This document shows, piece by piece, positions 11,055-20,678 of a DNA stretch of 64,000 bases. Within the stretch, counting starts at the first letter, position 1. Every line of letters begins with the position of its first letter. Origin of the DNA: Thermoanaerobaculia bacterium (GTDB lineage Bacteria; Acidobacteriota; Thermoanaerobaculia; UBA5066); contig JBBRRY010000016.1 of assembly GCA_038245905.1 (NCBI GenBank), forward strand, positions 1-64,000, written 5' to 3'. The translations under genes and the position numbers were made by a program. The notes below the pieces were generated by a model. It was not told the origin of the DNA and made no database searches. It saw only the letters and a program-made list of their open reading frames with translations.

Positions 11055-11921
11055 ATGCGCACTTGGGAGTGTCTCGGCGTGGGCACCTTCCCACGCGGGA
11101 TCGGGTCCGCGGGGGTGATCGCAGCCCTGCTGGTCGCCCTCGCGGCTCCGCTGTCCGCGCAGGCGATTCTACCCCCCGACGCGGCCGTCAAGGCCTATCA
11201 GGCGGGGCAGGCCGCCGCCCAGCGGAAGGACTGGCCGCTCGTGATCCAGAAGATGAACGACGCGCTGGCCACCGGACACACGCACGCAAAGCAGCACTTC
11301 GGCGCGAGCCGCTACACGGTGGACCTCTACGACCCCTATTACTGGCTGGGCGTCGCGCACATGGAGCTCGGGGAGGTTCTCGAGGCGAAGCGCAACTTTC
11401 TCCTCTCCCGGAGCGAAGGGGTCATCGACGGATTCTCGGAATCCGCGGATCTTCTCGGCCGGCTTGGGACGCTCGAGCGCCGCGAGGCACGGGAGTCCGC
11501 CCTGCGGGAGTCGCCCACGCCCGCCCCACCGGAAGCGACACCCGCGGTGCCGGCGCCTGTCCCCATGCCGGCCGCGGCCCCGACCGCTGGCCTGACGGCC
11601 CCGGACGCCGGGGCTCCAGAGGCACCGGGTGCCGCGGGAGCCGGCGCCGAGCGCATCCTGACGCTTTTTTCGGCCGGCGACTTCGCGGGGGCCGAAGCCG
11701 GGGTCGAGAGTTTACGGCGCACGCGCCCGGACGCCCGGGAAGCGGATCTCCTCGCGTCTCTCGTTCTCGGGACGCGCTACGTCCTCGAGGGAAGGTCCGA
11801 TCCGATGCTCCTCGCTCGTGCGAAGAAGGCCCTCTCTGCGTGGCGCAAGAGGGGCGGCGGGCGCCGGACGGAGGAAGCGTTTCTTTCGCCGTCGCTCCTC
11901 GCAGCGTTGAACGGAACCTGA
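11055..11921 (+). CDS. Secreted TPR-like protein with Pro/Ala linker
   Basis: Signal peptide (LLVALAAPLSAQA); YDPYYWLGVAHMELG TPR-like helix; start uncertain (11055 or a downstream GTG). Confidence 0.65.
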   Translation: MRTWECLGVGTFPRGIGSAGVIAALLVALAAPLSAQAILPPDAAVKAYQAGQAAAQRKDWPLVIQKMNDALATGHTHAKQHFGASRYTVDLYDPYYWLGVAHMELGEVLEAKRNFLLSRSEGVIDGFSESADLLGRLGTLERREARESALRESPTPAPPEATPAVPAPVPMPAAAPTAGLTAPDAGAPEAPGAAGAGAERILTLFSAGDFAGAEAGVESLRRTRPDAREADLLASLVLGTRYVLEGRSDPMLLARAKKALSAWRKRGGGRRTEEAFLSPSLLAALNGT

Positions 11922-11925
11922 CGCG

Positions 11926-13155
11926 TCAGCGCGCGCGCACGACCCAGGTACCGGCCGCGAGGTCCTGAAAGGCTCTCTTGTCCTTCTCGAAGAAAGCCCA
12001 CACCCACCCGAGGCCCAGCGGCAGGCCCGCGAGGACGAGGACGACGGCCCGGATCGCGGCCGCCTTCCAGCCGATGCCCCGTCCCCCGATCTCGCCGCGC
12101 TTGACGACCGTGAGCCCGAGAAGAGACTTGCCCGGCGTTCGGCCGCGCCACGCCCAGCCTCCCACGACGTACAGGGCATTCGCGAGCGCGGCCAGAAGGA
12201 ACGAGAGAACCGTGATGCCTCGAAAGGCCCAGTCCGGAGCCGCGTCGCGCGTCTGGAGCTCCGCCCGGAAGTAGTCGATGAGGAAGACGGGAGCGAACAG
12301 GAGGAGATTGATCGCCGTGAGGATGACGGCATCGACGAGAGCCGCGAGGAGGCGGGCGAACGGGTTCGCCGCGTTTCGTGGGCCTTCGTTGACCGCCGGG
12401 GCCCGCCGTTCGCGAAACGCCGCCGCGCGCTGGACCGTCGCCGGACGCGGGGGCGCCTGGGACGAGCTCATCTGGATCGAGATGTCAGACAGCTCGCGCG
12501 CGGCGAGCGCCGACGGGAAAGGCTCTGCAAGCGCCGGAACACCGTCGGATGGAACCACGGTCGAGAGGTCGTCCCCGGGCCGGAGCGCCGCCGGGAAGGC
12601 CTCGCGGAAGCCGGAACCTGACAGAGCGGGAGCACCTTTCAGGTCGGCGTCGCGGAAGAGCTCGGAGGCCGAGATTCCGTCGGGCGGGACGGCTGCCGAC
12701 GGGGACTGGACCCCCGGATGCGTGCCGTCCGGAGGGGGATCGTAGGTGATCCCCGAGGGCGGCCGCGGCGCGGACGCGGGCGAAGCAGCGGGCGGAGACG
12801 CGGGCTGCGGCGGCAGGTCGTCGGGCCCGAGAAGAGCCGTGCGTTCGGACGGCACGTTCGGCGGCAGGATGCGGAGGTCGACCACGGCCGCGCCGATCTG
12901 GATGCGGTCGCCGGTCTGGAGCCGCGTCTCGCGCGAAATCCTCTTGCCGCCCACGTACGTGCCGTTCGAGGAGTTCAGGTCCTTGACGATCGCCTCGCCA
13001 TTGTTGAGCGTGAGGAGCGCGTGCGAGCGCGAAACGGACTCGTGCTCGAGTCGTACGGTCGACGTCCGGCTGCGGCCGAGCGTGGCCTCGCCATCCGAGA
13101 GGTCGATCTCGCGGCCCTCCACCGAGAGCACGTAACGGAAGACATCAGTCGTCAC
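11926..13155 (-). CDS. FHA domain + RDD family membrane protein
   Basis: LGRS..SVSRSHA..DLNSSNGT (FHA); ANPFARLLAALVD..GRTPGKSLLGL..QDLAAGTWVV (RDD); GTG overlaps the uvrA stop. Confidence 0.88.
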   Translation of the reverse strand: MTTDVFRYVLSVEGREIDLSDGEATLGRSRTSTVRLEHESVSRSHALLTLNNGEAIVKDLNSSNGTYVGGKRISRETRLQTGDRIQIGAAVVDLRILPPNVPSERTALLGPDDLPPQPASPPAASPASAPRPPSGITYDPPPDGTHPGVQSPSAAVPPDGISASELFRDADLKGAPALSGSGFREAFPAALRPGDDLSTVVPSDGVPALAEPFPSALAARELSDISIQMSSSQAPPRPATVQRAAAFRERRAPAVNEGPRNAANPFARLLAALVDAVILTAINLLLFAPVFLIDYFRAELQTRDAAPDWAFRGITVLSFLLAALANALYVVGGWAWRGRTPGKSLLGLTVVKRGEIGGRGIGWKAAAIRAVVLVLAGLPLGLGWVWAFFEKDKRAFQDLAAGTWVVRAR

Positions 13156-16052
13156 GGTGTCCGAAATTGTACCCGGCTCCGCAACGCTTCGGCGGTCGGC
13201 GTGTCGCCGCGGGCCGCGAGCGCGATCGGGGGCCCCGAAAACACGAGGCGCCCCCCTCCCGGGCCGCCGCCCGGACCGAGCTCGACGAGGAAGTCCGCGC
13301 GGGCGAGGAATCCGGTGCTGTGCTCGACCGCGAGGATCGAGTGGCCTGCCGCAATGAGGCGCCGGAAGACCGCCAGGAGCACGTCCACGTCGGACGGCGC
13401 GAGCCCGGTCGTGGGCTCGTCGAAGATGAAGAGCACCGGCTCGTCCAGGCTGCCGCTCCGGAGGAAGGACGCGATCTTCAGCCGCTGCGCTTCGCCGCCC
13501 GAGAGCGTCCCGGTGGACTGGCCGAGTGTGAGATAGCCGAGCCCCGCTTCCGCGAGCGGTGCGAGCCGCTCGGCGATCGCGGGGGCGTCCGCAAAGAGTT
13601 CGCGGGCCTCGTCCACCGTTGTGGCGAGAAGCTCGTCCACGTTCCGTCCGCGCAGCCGGACTTCGAGCACCTCGGACTTGAACCGTCGCCCGTCGCATTC
13701 CTCGCACGCGACCGTCACGTCGGCGAGGAACTGCATGTCCACCGTGACGACGCCGGCGCCCGCGCAACGCTCGCAGCGGCCGCCTTTCGCGTTGAAGCTG
13801 AACGCGCCCCTCTCGAGGCGGCGGGCCTTCGCGGCAGGAGTGCGGGCAAGAAGCGTCCGGATTTCGTCCCATGCCTTCGTGTACGTGGCCGCGTTCGAGC
13901 GGGAGGAGCGCCCTAGCGGCGACTGGTCCACGAGAACCACGTCCGAGACCCTGTCGAGACCCTCGATCGCGTCGTGTGGGCCGACCTCGTCCACGCCCGG
14001 GAGCAGCCCCTTGCCCATCCGCTGCCGGGCGCCCGCGGCCAGGACGTCCACGACGAGCGAGGATTTTCCGGAACCGGAAACTCCAGAAACCGCGACAAGG
14101 CAATGAAGAGGGAACGAGACCGAGAGATTCTGTAGATTATTTGCGCGCGCGCCCACGATTCGGATCTCGTCACCGAAGGCGCGCGACGTCTCGGCCGCGA
14201 GGAGTTCGCTCGGAACGGTGTCCGCGTACGCAAGTCTTCTTTCCCTTTCCAAAGCAAATATTTCCTTTTCTTTCTTCAAACTTCTCCCCGTCGCCGTGTC
14301 CTGTTCCTCCAGCTCCGCCGGCGTGCCCTCGAAAACGAGCCGGCCGCCTCTCGCGCCCGCGCCCGGGCCGAGATCGATCACGTGGTCCGCGGCCCTGATG
14401 ACGTCCGTGTCGTGCTCGACGGCGACGACCGCGTTGCCGCCCGCCGCAAGACGCCGGAGGACACCGAGCAGCCTGTGTGTGTCGCGCGGGTGAAGCCCGA
14501 CGGTCGGCTCGTCGAGGACATAGAGCGTGCCGGTGAGCGCGTTGCCGATGGCCGAGCCGAGCTGGATGCGCTGGGCTTCGCCGCCCGAGAGCGTGCGCAT
14601 CGTGCGCGCGAGCGTGACGTAGCCGAGCCCGATCTCGACGAGCGTGGAGACGCGGCGCCGGAGCTCGTCGACGAGTGACGCCCCCCGCTCGCGCTCCCTC
14701 GCGGCGGGGAGCGCCCCTTCGAGGAAGGCGAGCAGCTCTTCGAGCGTCAGGGCCACGACGTCGGCAATCGTCTTTCCGGCCAGCGTGACCGCGAGCGCCT
14801 CCTGCTTCAGGCGCGCACCGGCGCAGGCCGGGCACGGCGTGTAGCCGCGATACCGGGAGAGCAGCACGCGGACGTGGACCTTGTAGCGCTTCTTCTCGAG
14901 GTATTTGAAGAGCCCCTCGACGCCGTACCACTCGCCCGAGCCCTTCCACACGACGTCGCGCTCGCGTGGCGTCAGCTCGTTCCACGGCACGTTCCAGCGC
15001 AGCTTGCTTCCACGCGAGACCGCTTTCAGGTCGTCGTACGCGCTCTCGTAGGCGGGCGAATTGAAGGGCGCGATCGGCCGATCCGCCAGCGATTTTCGGG
15101 GATCGGGGACGACACGAGCCGGGTCGATGCCCGTCACGCGCCCGAATCCCTGGCAGGTCTCGCACGCGCCGCGCGGCGAATTGAAGGAAAAGAGGGCGGG
15201 CACGGGATCCGTGAAGCGCCGGCCGGAGATATCGCAGACGAGGCCGCGGAAGAAGCGCCGGGCTGAAGACAGAGCGTCGCCATTCTTCAGAACGAGGAGC
15301 TGTCCGTCACCGGCGTCGAATGCCATTGAAAGTGAAGAGAGGATTTCCGGATCAGAAACGGACAGAACATGGCGACCGACCAGGAGAGAAAAGAGAGAAG
15401 AAGAGATTTCTTTGAATGGAAGAGAGGGCAACCGCGACGCGGTCGAGTGCGAGCCGGCCTTAGCAGAAATTTCCAGTACTTCCCCCTCTGCGGAGACGTA
15501 CCGGTAGAGCCCCAGTCTTCTCCATTCCGCGCTCTCCGCCTCGAACGACTGCACGTGGCGAGGCGCGATCACGAGAAGGCGCGCGCCCTCGCCGAACGAT
15601 TCGAGCAGCTGGTCCCTCACCGTCTCGGGCGTGTGCCGAGTGACGAGCGACCCGTCGTCGGGGCACCGCAGCGTTCCCGCCGAGGCAAACAGGAGGCGCA
15701 GCACATCGTGGATCTCGGTCGCGGTCCCGACGGTGGAGCGGGCAGAGCGTCCCGGTGACTTCTGCTCGATCGCGAGCGCGGGCAGGACGTGCTCGATGAG
15801 GTCCACGTCCGGGCGCTCGAGACGTTCGAGGTATTGGCGCGCGTACGTCGACATGGATTCGACGAACCGGCGCTGGCCCTCCGCGTAGAGCGTGTCGAAG
15901 GCGAGCGAGGATTTCCCGGAGCCGGAAGGGCCCGTGACGACGGTGAGCGCGCCGACGGGAAATGAGCACGTCACGTTCTTCAGGTTGTGCGTGCGCGCGC
16001 GCACGACCGTGATCGCGCGCGCGCCCCTCGGGCGCCCGGTCTGCCGCGTCAC
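13152..16052 (-). CDS. uvrA: Excinuclease ABC subunit A (UvrA, probably a second/variant copy)
   Basis: [29 protein letters not shown], two LSGGEAQR signatures, zinc-finger Cys pairs, DEPT motifs. Confidence 0.93.
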   Translation of the reverse strand: MTRQTGRPRGARAITVVRARTHNLKNVTCSFPVGALTVVTGPSGSGKSSLAFDTLYAEGQRRFVESMSTYARQYLERLERPDVDLIEHVLPALAIEQKSPGRSARSTVGTATEIHDVLRLLFASAGTLRCPDDGSLVTRHTPETVRDQLLESFGEGARLLVIAPRHVQSFEAESAEWRRLGLYRYVSAEGEVLEISAKAGSHSTASRLPSLPFKEISSSLFSLLVGRHVLSVSDPEILSSLSMAFDAGDGQLLVLKNGDALSSARRFFRGLVCDISGRRFTDPVPALFSFNSPRGACETCQGFGRVTGIDPARVVPDPRKSLADRPIAPFNSPAYESAYDDLKAVSRGSKLRWNVPWNELTPRERDVVWKGSGEWYGVEGLFKYLEKKRYKVHVRVLLSRYRGYTPCPACAGARLKQEALAVTLAGKTIADVVALTLEELLAFLEGALPAARERERGASLVDELRRRVSTLVEIGLGYVTLARTMRTLSGGEAQRIQLGSAIGNALTGTLYVLDEPTVGLHPRDTHRLLGVLRRLAAGGNAVVAVEHDTDVIRAADHVIDLGPGAGARGGRLVFEGTPAELEEQDTATGRSLKKEKEIFALERERRLAYADTVPSELLAAETSRAFGDEIRIVGARANNLQNLSVSFPLHCLVAVSGVSGSGKSSLVVDVLAAGARQRMGKGLLPGVDEVGPHDAIEGLDRVSDVVLVDQSPLGRSSRSNAATYTKAWDEIRTLLARTPAAKARRLERGAFSFNAKGGRCERCAGAGVVTVDMQFLADVTVACEECDGRRFKSEVLEVRLRGRNVDELLATTVDEARELFADAPAIAERLAPLAEAGLGYLTLGQSTGTLSGGEAQRLKIASFLRSGSLDEPVLFIFDEPTTGLAPSDVDVLLAVFRRLIAAGHSILAVEHSTGFLARADFLVELGPGGGPGGGRLVFSGPPIALAARGDTPTAEALRSRVQFRTP
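14122..14265. repeat. Intragenic inverted-repeat pair A in uvrA (weak)
   Basis: Left GAGAGATTCTGTAGATT 14122-14138 (degenerate); right CCCTTTCCAAAGCAAATATTTCC 14243-14265 in a long pyrimidine tract. Confidence 0.4.
15401..15474. repeat. Intragenic inverted-repeat pair B in uvrA
   Basis: Left AAGAGATTTCTTTGAATGG 15401-15419 after a GA tract; right CCTTAGCAGAAATTTCC 15458-15474. Confidence 0.6.
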
Positions 16053-16636
16053 CGCGAGAAAACCGCGAGCTGGTTCATGCCGAAAAGGAACCGACGGTAG
16101 AGGACGAGGGCGATGCCCGCGCCTCGGCCCGCGTCCGCGAGCGCCTCGCGCCCGAGCAGCGCCTCGTGCTCGTCGTGCGCGTGGGCCGAGAGAAGCCCCA
16201 GCGCCGCGCCGGCCTCGAGCGGCCAGCGTCCCGACGGATGCGGCGTCGTCACGATCAGACGTCCCCCCGGAGACAGGAGAGGCGCCACACAGGCGAGGAC
16301 ACGAGGCGGGTCCGCGACGTGCTCGAGGACCGCGAGGAAAAGAATTCCTTCGAAGGGCGCCTTCGCCGAGAGCGCGGCCGGAGCCGCGCCGAGGGCGATG
16401 TCCCACTCGTGGAAATCCCCGTCCGGAAAACGCTCCCGCTGGAGCCTCAGAACCTCCGGATCCCGGTCACAGCCGGTGTAAGAAGGGAGACGCCCCGGAA
16501 GATCCGTCAGGCCGCAACCGATGTCGAGGACCCGTGCACCGACCGGGACGTGCGGCAGCGCCGCGGCGAGGCGGGCCGCCCCGACGCGCTTCGTGAGCCG
16601 GCCATAGAAGGGTGAGGAGGCGGAAGGAGGGCGCAC
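16049..16636 (-). CDS. Class I SAM-dependent methyltransferase
   Basis: VLDIGCG, AVLEHVADP, LLSPGGRLIVTTP. Confidence 0.85.
   Translation of the reverse strand: MRPPSASSPFYGRLTKRVGAARLAAALPHVPVGARVLDIGCGLTDLPGRLPSYTGCDRDPEVLRLQRERFPDGDFHEWDIALGAAPAALSAKAPFEGILFLAVLEHVADPPRVLACVAPLLSPGGRLIVTTPHPSGRWPLEAGAALGLLSAHAHDEHEALLGREALADAGRGAGIALVLYRRFLFGMNQLAVFSR
16339..16357. repeat. Single left-type arm in the methyltransferase gene
   Basis: AAAGAATTCCTTCGAAGGG; possible weak partner CACTCGTGGAAATCCCC near 16404-16420. Confidence 0.4.
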
Positions 16637-16674
16637 GCGGGAGTTTTACACCCTCCACCGTAAGATCGTCCCTC

Positions 16675-17160
16675 ATGAGCGAACCGGCGTTCACCCTCCG
16701 CGACGCACAGCCGGCCGACGTTCCCGCGATCGTCTCCCTGATCCGCGATCTCGCGGAGTACGAAAAGCAGCCCGAGGACTGCCATGCCGACCCTCGCCTC
16801 CTCGAAGAGCATCTCTTCGGCGCGACGCGCTTTGCCGAAGTCGTCCTGGCCGAGCGGGCCGGCGAGACCGTGGGGTTCGCGCTTTTCTTCCACAACTACT
16901 CGACCTGGCTCACCCGGCCGGGCCTGTACCTTGAAGACCTTTTCGTCAAGCCCGCCTTCCGGGGGCTCGGAATCGGCGAGGCTCTTCTCACCCATCTTGC
17001 CCGGCTTGCGGTCGGCCGCGGCTGCGGACGCCTGGAGTGGAGCGTCCTCACCTGGAACGAAGCCGCAATCAGTTTCTACAGGCGGCTCGGAGCCGTTCCA
17101 ATGGACGGGTGGCAGGTCTACCGTCTCGCCGGAGACGCCCTGAACCGTCTCGGGCGATAA
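16675..17160 (+). CDS. GNAT acetyltransferase (spermidine/diamine acetyltransferase-like)
   Basis: FFHNYSTW, LYLEDLFVKPAFRGLGIG, WNEAAISFY. Confidence 0.9.
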   Translation: MSEPAFTLRDAQPADVPAIVSLIRDLAEYEKQPEDCHADPRLLEEHLFGATRFAEVVLAERAGETVGFALFFHNYSTWLTRPGLYLEDLFVKPAFRGLGIGEALLTHLARLAVGRGCGRLEWSVLTWNEAAISFYRRLGAVPMDGWQVYRLAGDALNRLGR

Positions 17161-17187
17161 TCGACCATATTCCGGGGGCAGCAAGAC

Positions 17188-18957
17188 GTGCAAAAGAGCC
17201 GATCGCAGACAGACACACAGCCGATTCGCGTCCGCGAGGGGCGGAAGGGTTCCGGCGTCATGCGGCGCCCTGTGTCGCTGCTCGTGGATTCGCCGGACCC
17301 CACGGCACTCTTCGACCGAGCGGGCCGGATTCTCCTTGCGAACGAAGCCGCCCTCGCGGAAGGCACGCCCGGACCGGGGGCATTCGACGGCGCGCCCGAG
17401 AGTGCGCCGCCTTTCTGGCTTTCGCCCGCCGGGCGCGACAGCCTGATCGAGGCGACCGCCGTGCCGGGAGGCGCGCGGAACTTCGAGGTGCGCATTCCGG
17501 CCGGACCCGAAACGACCGAGCGCATTTTCTGGATCACGACACGCATCGCCGCCGAATCCGCGTCCGGGGGATTTCTCGCGGCGGCCCGCGAGGTGACCGG
17601 GGCAATCGGCGACCTGTCGCGCGCCGGACCCGGCGAGACCGTGGCCGAGGCCGCCGACGCCCTCACCAGGTTCGCGAACCGCGAGCAGTTCCACTTCGAG
17701 CTCGAGCGCGAAATCGCGCGCGCCGACCTCTTCGGGCGGCCTCTCTCGCTCCTCATCATCGGGCTCGACAATTTCAAGACCCTGAACGACACACACGGGC
17801 TCCTCGCGGGCGACGCATACCTCCGTTCGATGGCCGAGACCCTTCGAGGCACGCTGATGGCCGGAGAGACCGCGGGACGCGTGGGCGGCGACGAGATCGC
17901 GATCCTCCTTCCCGGCGCCTCTGCGGCGGAAGCCGCTCCGCGCGCCGAGATGGTGATCGGGCTCATTCGCCGCCTCGCGCCCATCTGGGACAGCAATCCG
18001 CTCACGCTGACCGCGAGCGCGGGCGTCGCGGTCTTCCCCGAGCATGCGGGCGGCGCCGCGGACCTCTTCCTAGCCGCCGATCTCGCGATGCACGGGGCCA
18101 AGCGTCGCGGCGGGAGCCGCGTGCGCCTCCACGACCCGTCCGATCGCGAGCGCGACCGCACGGGCCGGCTGCGCGAGCAGTCGAACCGCATCCGCGCCGC
18201 CCTCGCCGAGTCCCGATTCGTGCCCTATTTCCAGCCGGTGGCGGAAGTCGGCACGGGCCGCACGGTGGCCGTCGAGACGCTCGCCCGGATGCGTGAGCCC
18301 GATGGGCGCATTGCCCTCCCCGCCGAATTCCTCGGCGCCGCCGAGCGATTCGGCATCGTGACGGCGATCGATCGCGCCATCATCGCGGCGGCCTTCGACG
18401 CTCTCGCGGCGGCCCGGAAGCGGATCAGCCCCGAGCTCGAGATGGGCATCAATCTGTCGGGCCTCGACTTCGACGACGACACGCTCGTCGCAGACATCTC
18501 GCGGATGGCTCGCGCCAAGGGCATACGCCCCGAACGCGTCACCTTCGAGATCACGGAAACCGCCGCGCTCCGGGACTTCGACCGCGTGCGCGATTTCACG
18601 CACGCGCTCACCAGCGAAGGCTTCCATTTCGCTCTCGACGACTTCGGCATGGGCTTCTCGTCGTTCCGCTACCTCCGGGAGCTGCCCGTGTCGTCGCTGA
18701 AGCTCGACATCAGTTACGTCCGGGACCTCCCGAAGGAGAAGGCGAATCGCGTCTTCGTGCGGGGAATGGCGGGCATCTGCCGCGGACTCGGCGTCAAGAC
18801 GGTGGCCGAGGGCGTCGAGACCGAGGAGGTCATGGAGATCCTTCCGGAACTTGGCGTCGACCGCGCACAGGGCTGGCACGTGGGCTATCCCTCCCCCGAC
18901 CTCCCGGTCGTCGAAGCGGGCGCCAGCCTCATCCTCCCGCGGAGACCGCGGCCCTGA
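17188..18957 (+). CDS. PAS-like / GGDEF / EAL c-di-GMP protein
   Basis: NDTHGLLAGD, RVGGDEI, ETLAR, FEITET, DDFGMGFSS, LKLD, AEGVET; start may be ATG 17260. Confidence 0.88.
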   Translation: MQKSRSQTDTQPIRVREGRKGSGVMRRPVSLLVDSPDPTALFDRAGRILLANEAALAEGTPGPGAFDGAPESAPPFWLSPAGRDSLIEATAVPGGARNFEVRIPAGPETTERIFWITTRIAAESASGGFLAAAREVTGAIGDLSRAGPGETVAEAADALTRFANREQFHFELEREIARADLFGRPLSLLIIGLDNFKTLNDTHGLLAGDAYLRSMAETLRGTLMAGETAGRVGGDEIAILLPGASAAEAAPRAEMVIGLIRRLAPIWDSNPLTLTASAGVAVFPEHAGGAADLFLAADLAMHGAKRRGGSRVRLHDPSDRERDRTGRLREQSNRIRAALAESRFVPYFQPVAEVGTGRTVAVETLARMREPDGRIALPAEFLGAAERFGIVTAIDRAIIAAAFDALAAARKRISPELEMGINLSGLDFDDDTLVADISRMARAKGIRPERVTFEITETAALRDFDRVRDFTHALTSEGFHFALDDFGMGFSSFRYLRELPVSSLKLDISYVRDLPKEKANRVFVRGMAGICRGLGVKTVAEGVETEEVMEILPELGVDRAQGWHVGYPSPDLPVVEAGASLILPRRPRP

Positions 18958-18962
18958 TTCAA

Positions 18963-20678
18963 TTGTCCCGTAGCGGGAAGGGCCGTGTATCGGGGCTCGC
19001 CGTCGACGTCGCGCTCTTCGTCGTGCTCGGTGCACTCGTGGCCAGCGTCGTCGGGCTCGCCCAACGCTGGGAAGCGCCGATTCGCCAGGCCGTGGAGATC
19101 GACCTTTCGCCCTCGGCCCTGCCTCTGTACACCCTTCTGTCGCTGTCGCGCGGTTTCGCGGCGTACCTTCTGTCCCTCGCCTTCACGCTCGTCTACGGGA
19201 CGATCGCGGCGCACGGCAAGCGCGCCGAGAAGGTCATGCTTCCGCTTCTCGACATCGGACAGGGGATTCCCGTGCTCGGCTTCCTCCCGGGGCTCGTCCT
19301 CGGGATGGTCGCGCTCTTCCCGCGCACGAACGTCGGCCTCGAGCTCGCCTGCATCATCATGATCTTCACCGGGCAGGTCTGGAACATGACGTTCTCCTAC
19401 ATCGGTTCCCTGCGTTCGATACCCGAGGAGCTCCATGAAGTCGCCCGCATCCATCGCTTCTCGTTCTGGAAGCGCTTTCGGATCGTGGAGGTGTCCTCCT
19501 CGGTGATCGGGCTCGTCTGGAACTCGATGATGTCGATGGCCGGTGGCTGGTTCTTCCTGACCGTCAACGAGGCCTTCACGCTCGGCGACCGGGACTTCCG
19601 GCTGCCCGGCATCGGCTCGTACATGGCGGTCGCCATCGAAAAGGGCGACTCCAGGGCCATGGCGTGGGCCATCTTCGCGATGATCGTCATGATCGTGGCA
19701 TGCGACCAGCTTCTCTGGCGCCCCCTCGTCGCCTGGTCGCAGCGCTTCCGGAACGCGGACGTCGAGGGCGAGGCGGCCCCGGAATCGTGGGTCCTGAATC
19801 TCGTACGCCGCTCGGCGTTCCTCCGGAGGCTTCGTCTTCGCAGACGGCGCCGCCACGGCGCCGCGGCCCCGTCCCCGGTCTCGCCACCGGCCCTCGCCGA
19901 GACCGGCGCCGACACGCGGAGCGCGCGCGTCCGGACCGGCATCCTCGTCGCGTTCGGCCTTGCGGCGCTCGCCGGCGCGCTCCTCGGAGCGTGGAAGCTC
20001 GTCGGCCTTCTCGCGCGGGTCCCCTCCGGCGAATGGGTGGTCCTTGTCTCGGCCCTCGGTGCGACGTTCCTCCGGACCCTCGCGGCTCTCGCGCTCGCGA
20101 CGGCCTGGACGCTCCCGATCGGGATCCTCGTGGGCCGCTCCGCCGTCTGGTCGCGGCGCCTCCAACCCGTCGTCCAGATCGTGGCCTCGTTCCCGGCTCC
20201 CATGCTCTTTCCCATCGTGACCGGCGTTCTTCTCGCTCTCCGCGTGCCGTTCGGCGCCATTGCCGCGGTCCTCATGTTCCTGGGCGCGCAGTGGTACGTG
20301 CTCTTCAACGTCCTCGCGGGCGCGAGCGCCATTCCGCACGATCTCGACGAGGCCGCCGACGTCTACGCGATGAAGGGCACCGCGCGCTGGCGCAAGCTCT
20401 TCGTGCCGGCGGTGTTCCCCTTCCTCGTGACGGGCCTCGTGACGGCCGCAGGAGGAGCGTGGAACGCGTCGATCGTGGCCGAGACGCTGACATGGCGCGG
20501 AAGAACGCTGGAGACGTTCGGCCTCGGCTCGCTCATCACGAAGGCGACGCGCGACGCCAACTTCCCTCTTCTGACTGCCGGCGTGCTGACGATGTCCCTC
20601 GCTCTCGTGCTCCTGAACCGCCTCGTCTGGCGCCGCCTCTACCGTCTCGCCGAGACGAAGTACAGTCTCAACCGATGA
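18963..20678 (+). CDS. ABC transporter permease, NitT/TauT family, duplicated domain
   Basis: LPLLDIGQGIPVLGF, WNSMMSMAGGWFFLTVNE, QWYVLFNV, GGAWNASIVAE. Confidence 0.9.
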   Translation: MSRSGKGRVSGLAVDVALFVVLGALVASVVGLAQRWEAPIRQAVEIDLSPSALPLYTLLSLSRGFAAYLLSLAFTLVYGTIAAHGKRAEKVMLPLLDIGQGIPVLGFLPGLVLGMVALFPRTNVGLELACIIMIFTGQVWNMTFSYIGSLRSIPEELHEVARIHRFSFWKRFRIVEVSSSVIGLVWNSMMSMAGGWFFLTVNEAFTLGDRDFRLPGIGSYMAVAIEKGDSRAMAWAIFAMIVMIVACDQLLWRPLVAWSQRFRNADVEGEAAPESWVLNLVRRSAFLRRLRLRRRRRHGAAAPSPVSPPALAETGADTRSARVRTGILVAFGLAALAGALLGAWKLVGLLARVPSGEWVVLVSALGATFLRTLAALALATAWTLPIGILVGRSAVWSRRLQPVVQIVASFPAPMLFPIVTGVLLALRVPFGAIAAVLMFLGAQWYVLFNVLAGASAIPHDLDEAADVYAMKGTARWRKLFVPAVFPFLVTGLVTAAGGAWNASIVAETLTWRGRTLETFGLGSLITKATRDANFPLLTAGVLTMSLALVLLNRLVWRRLYRLAETKYSLNR

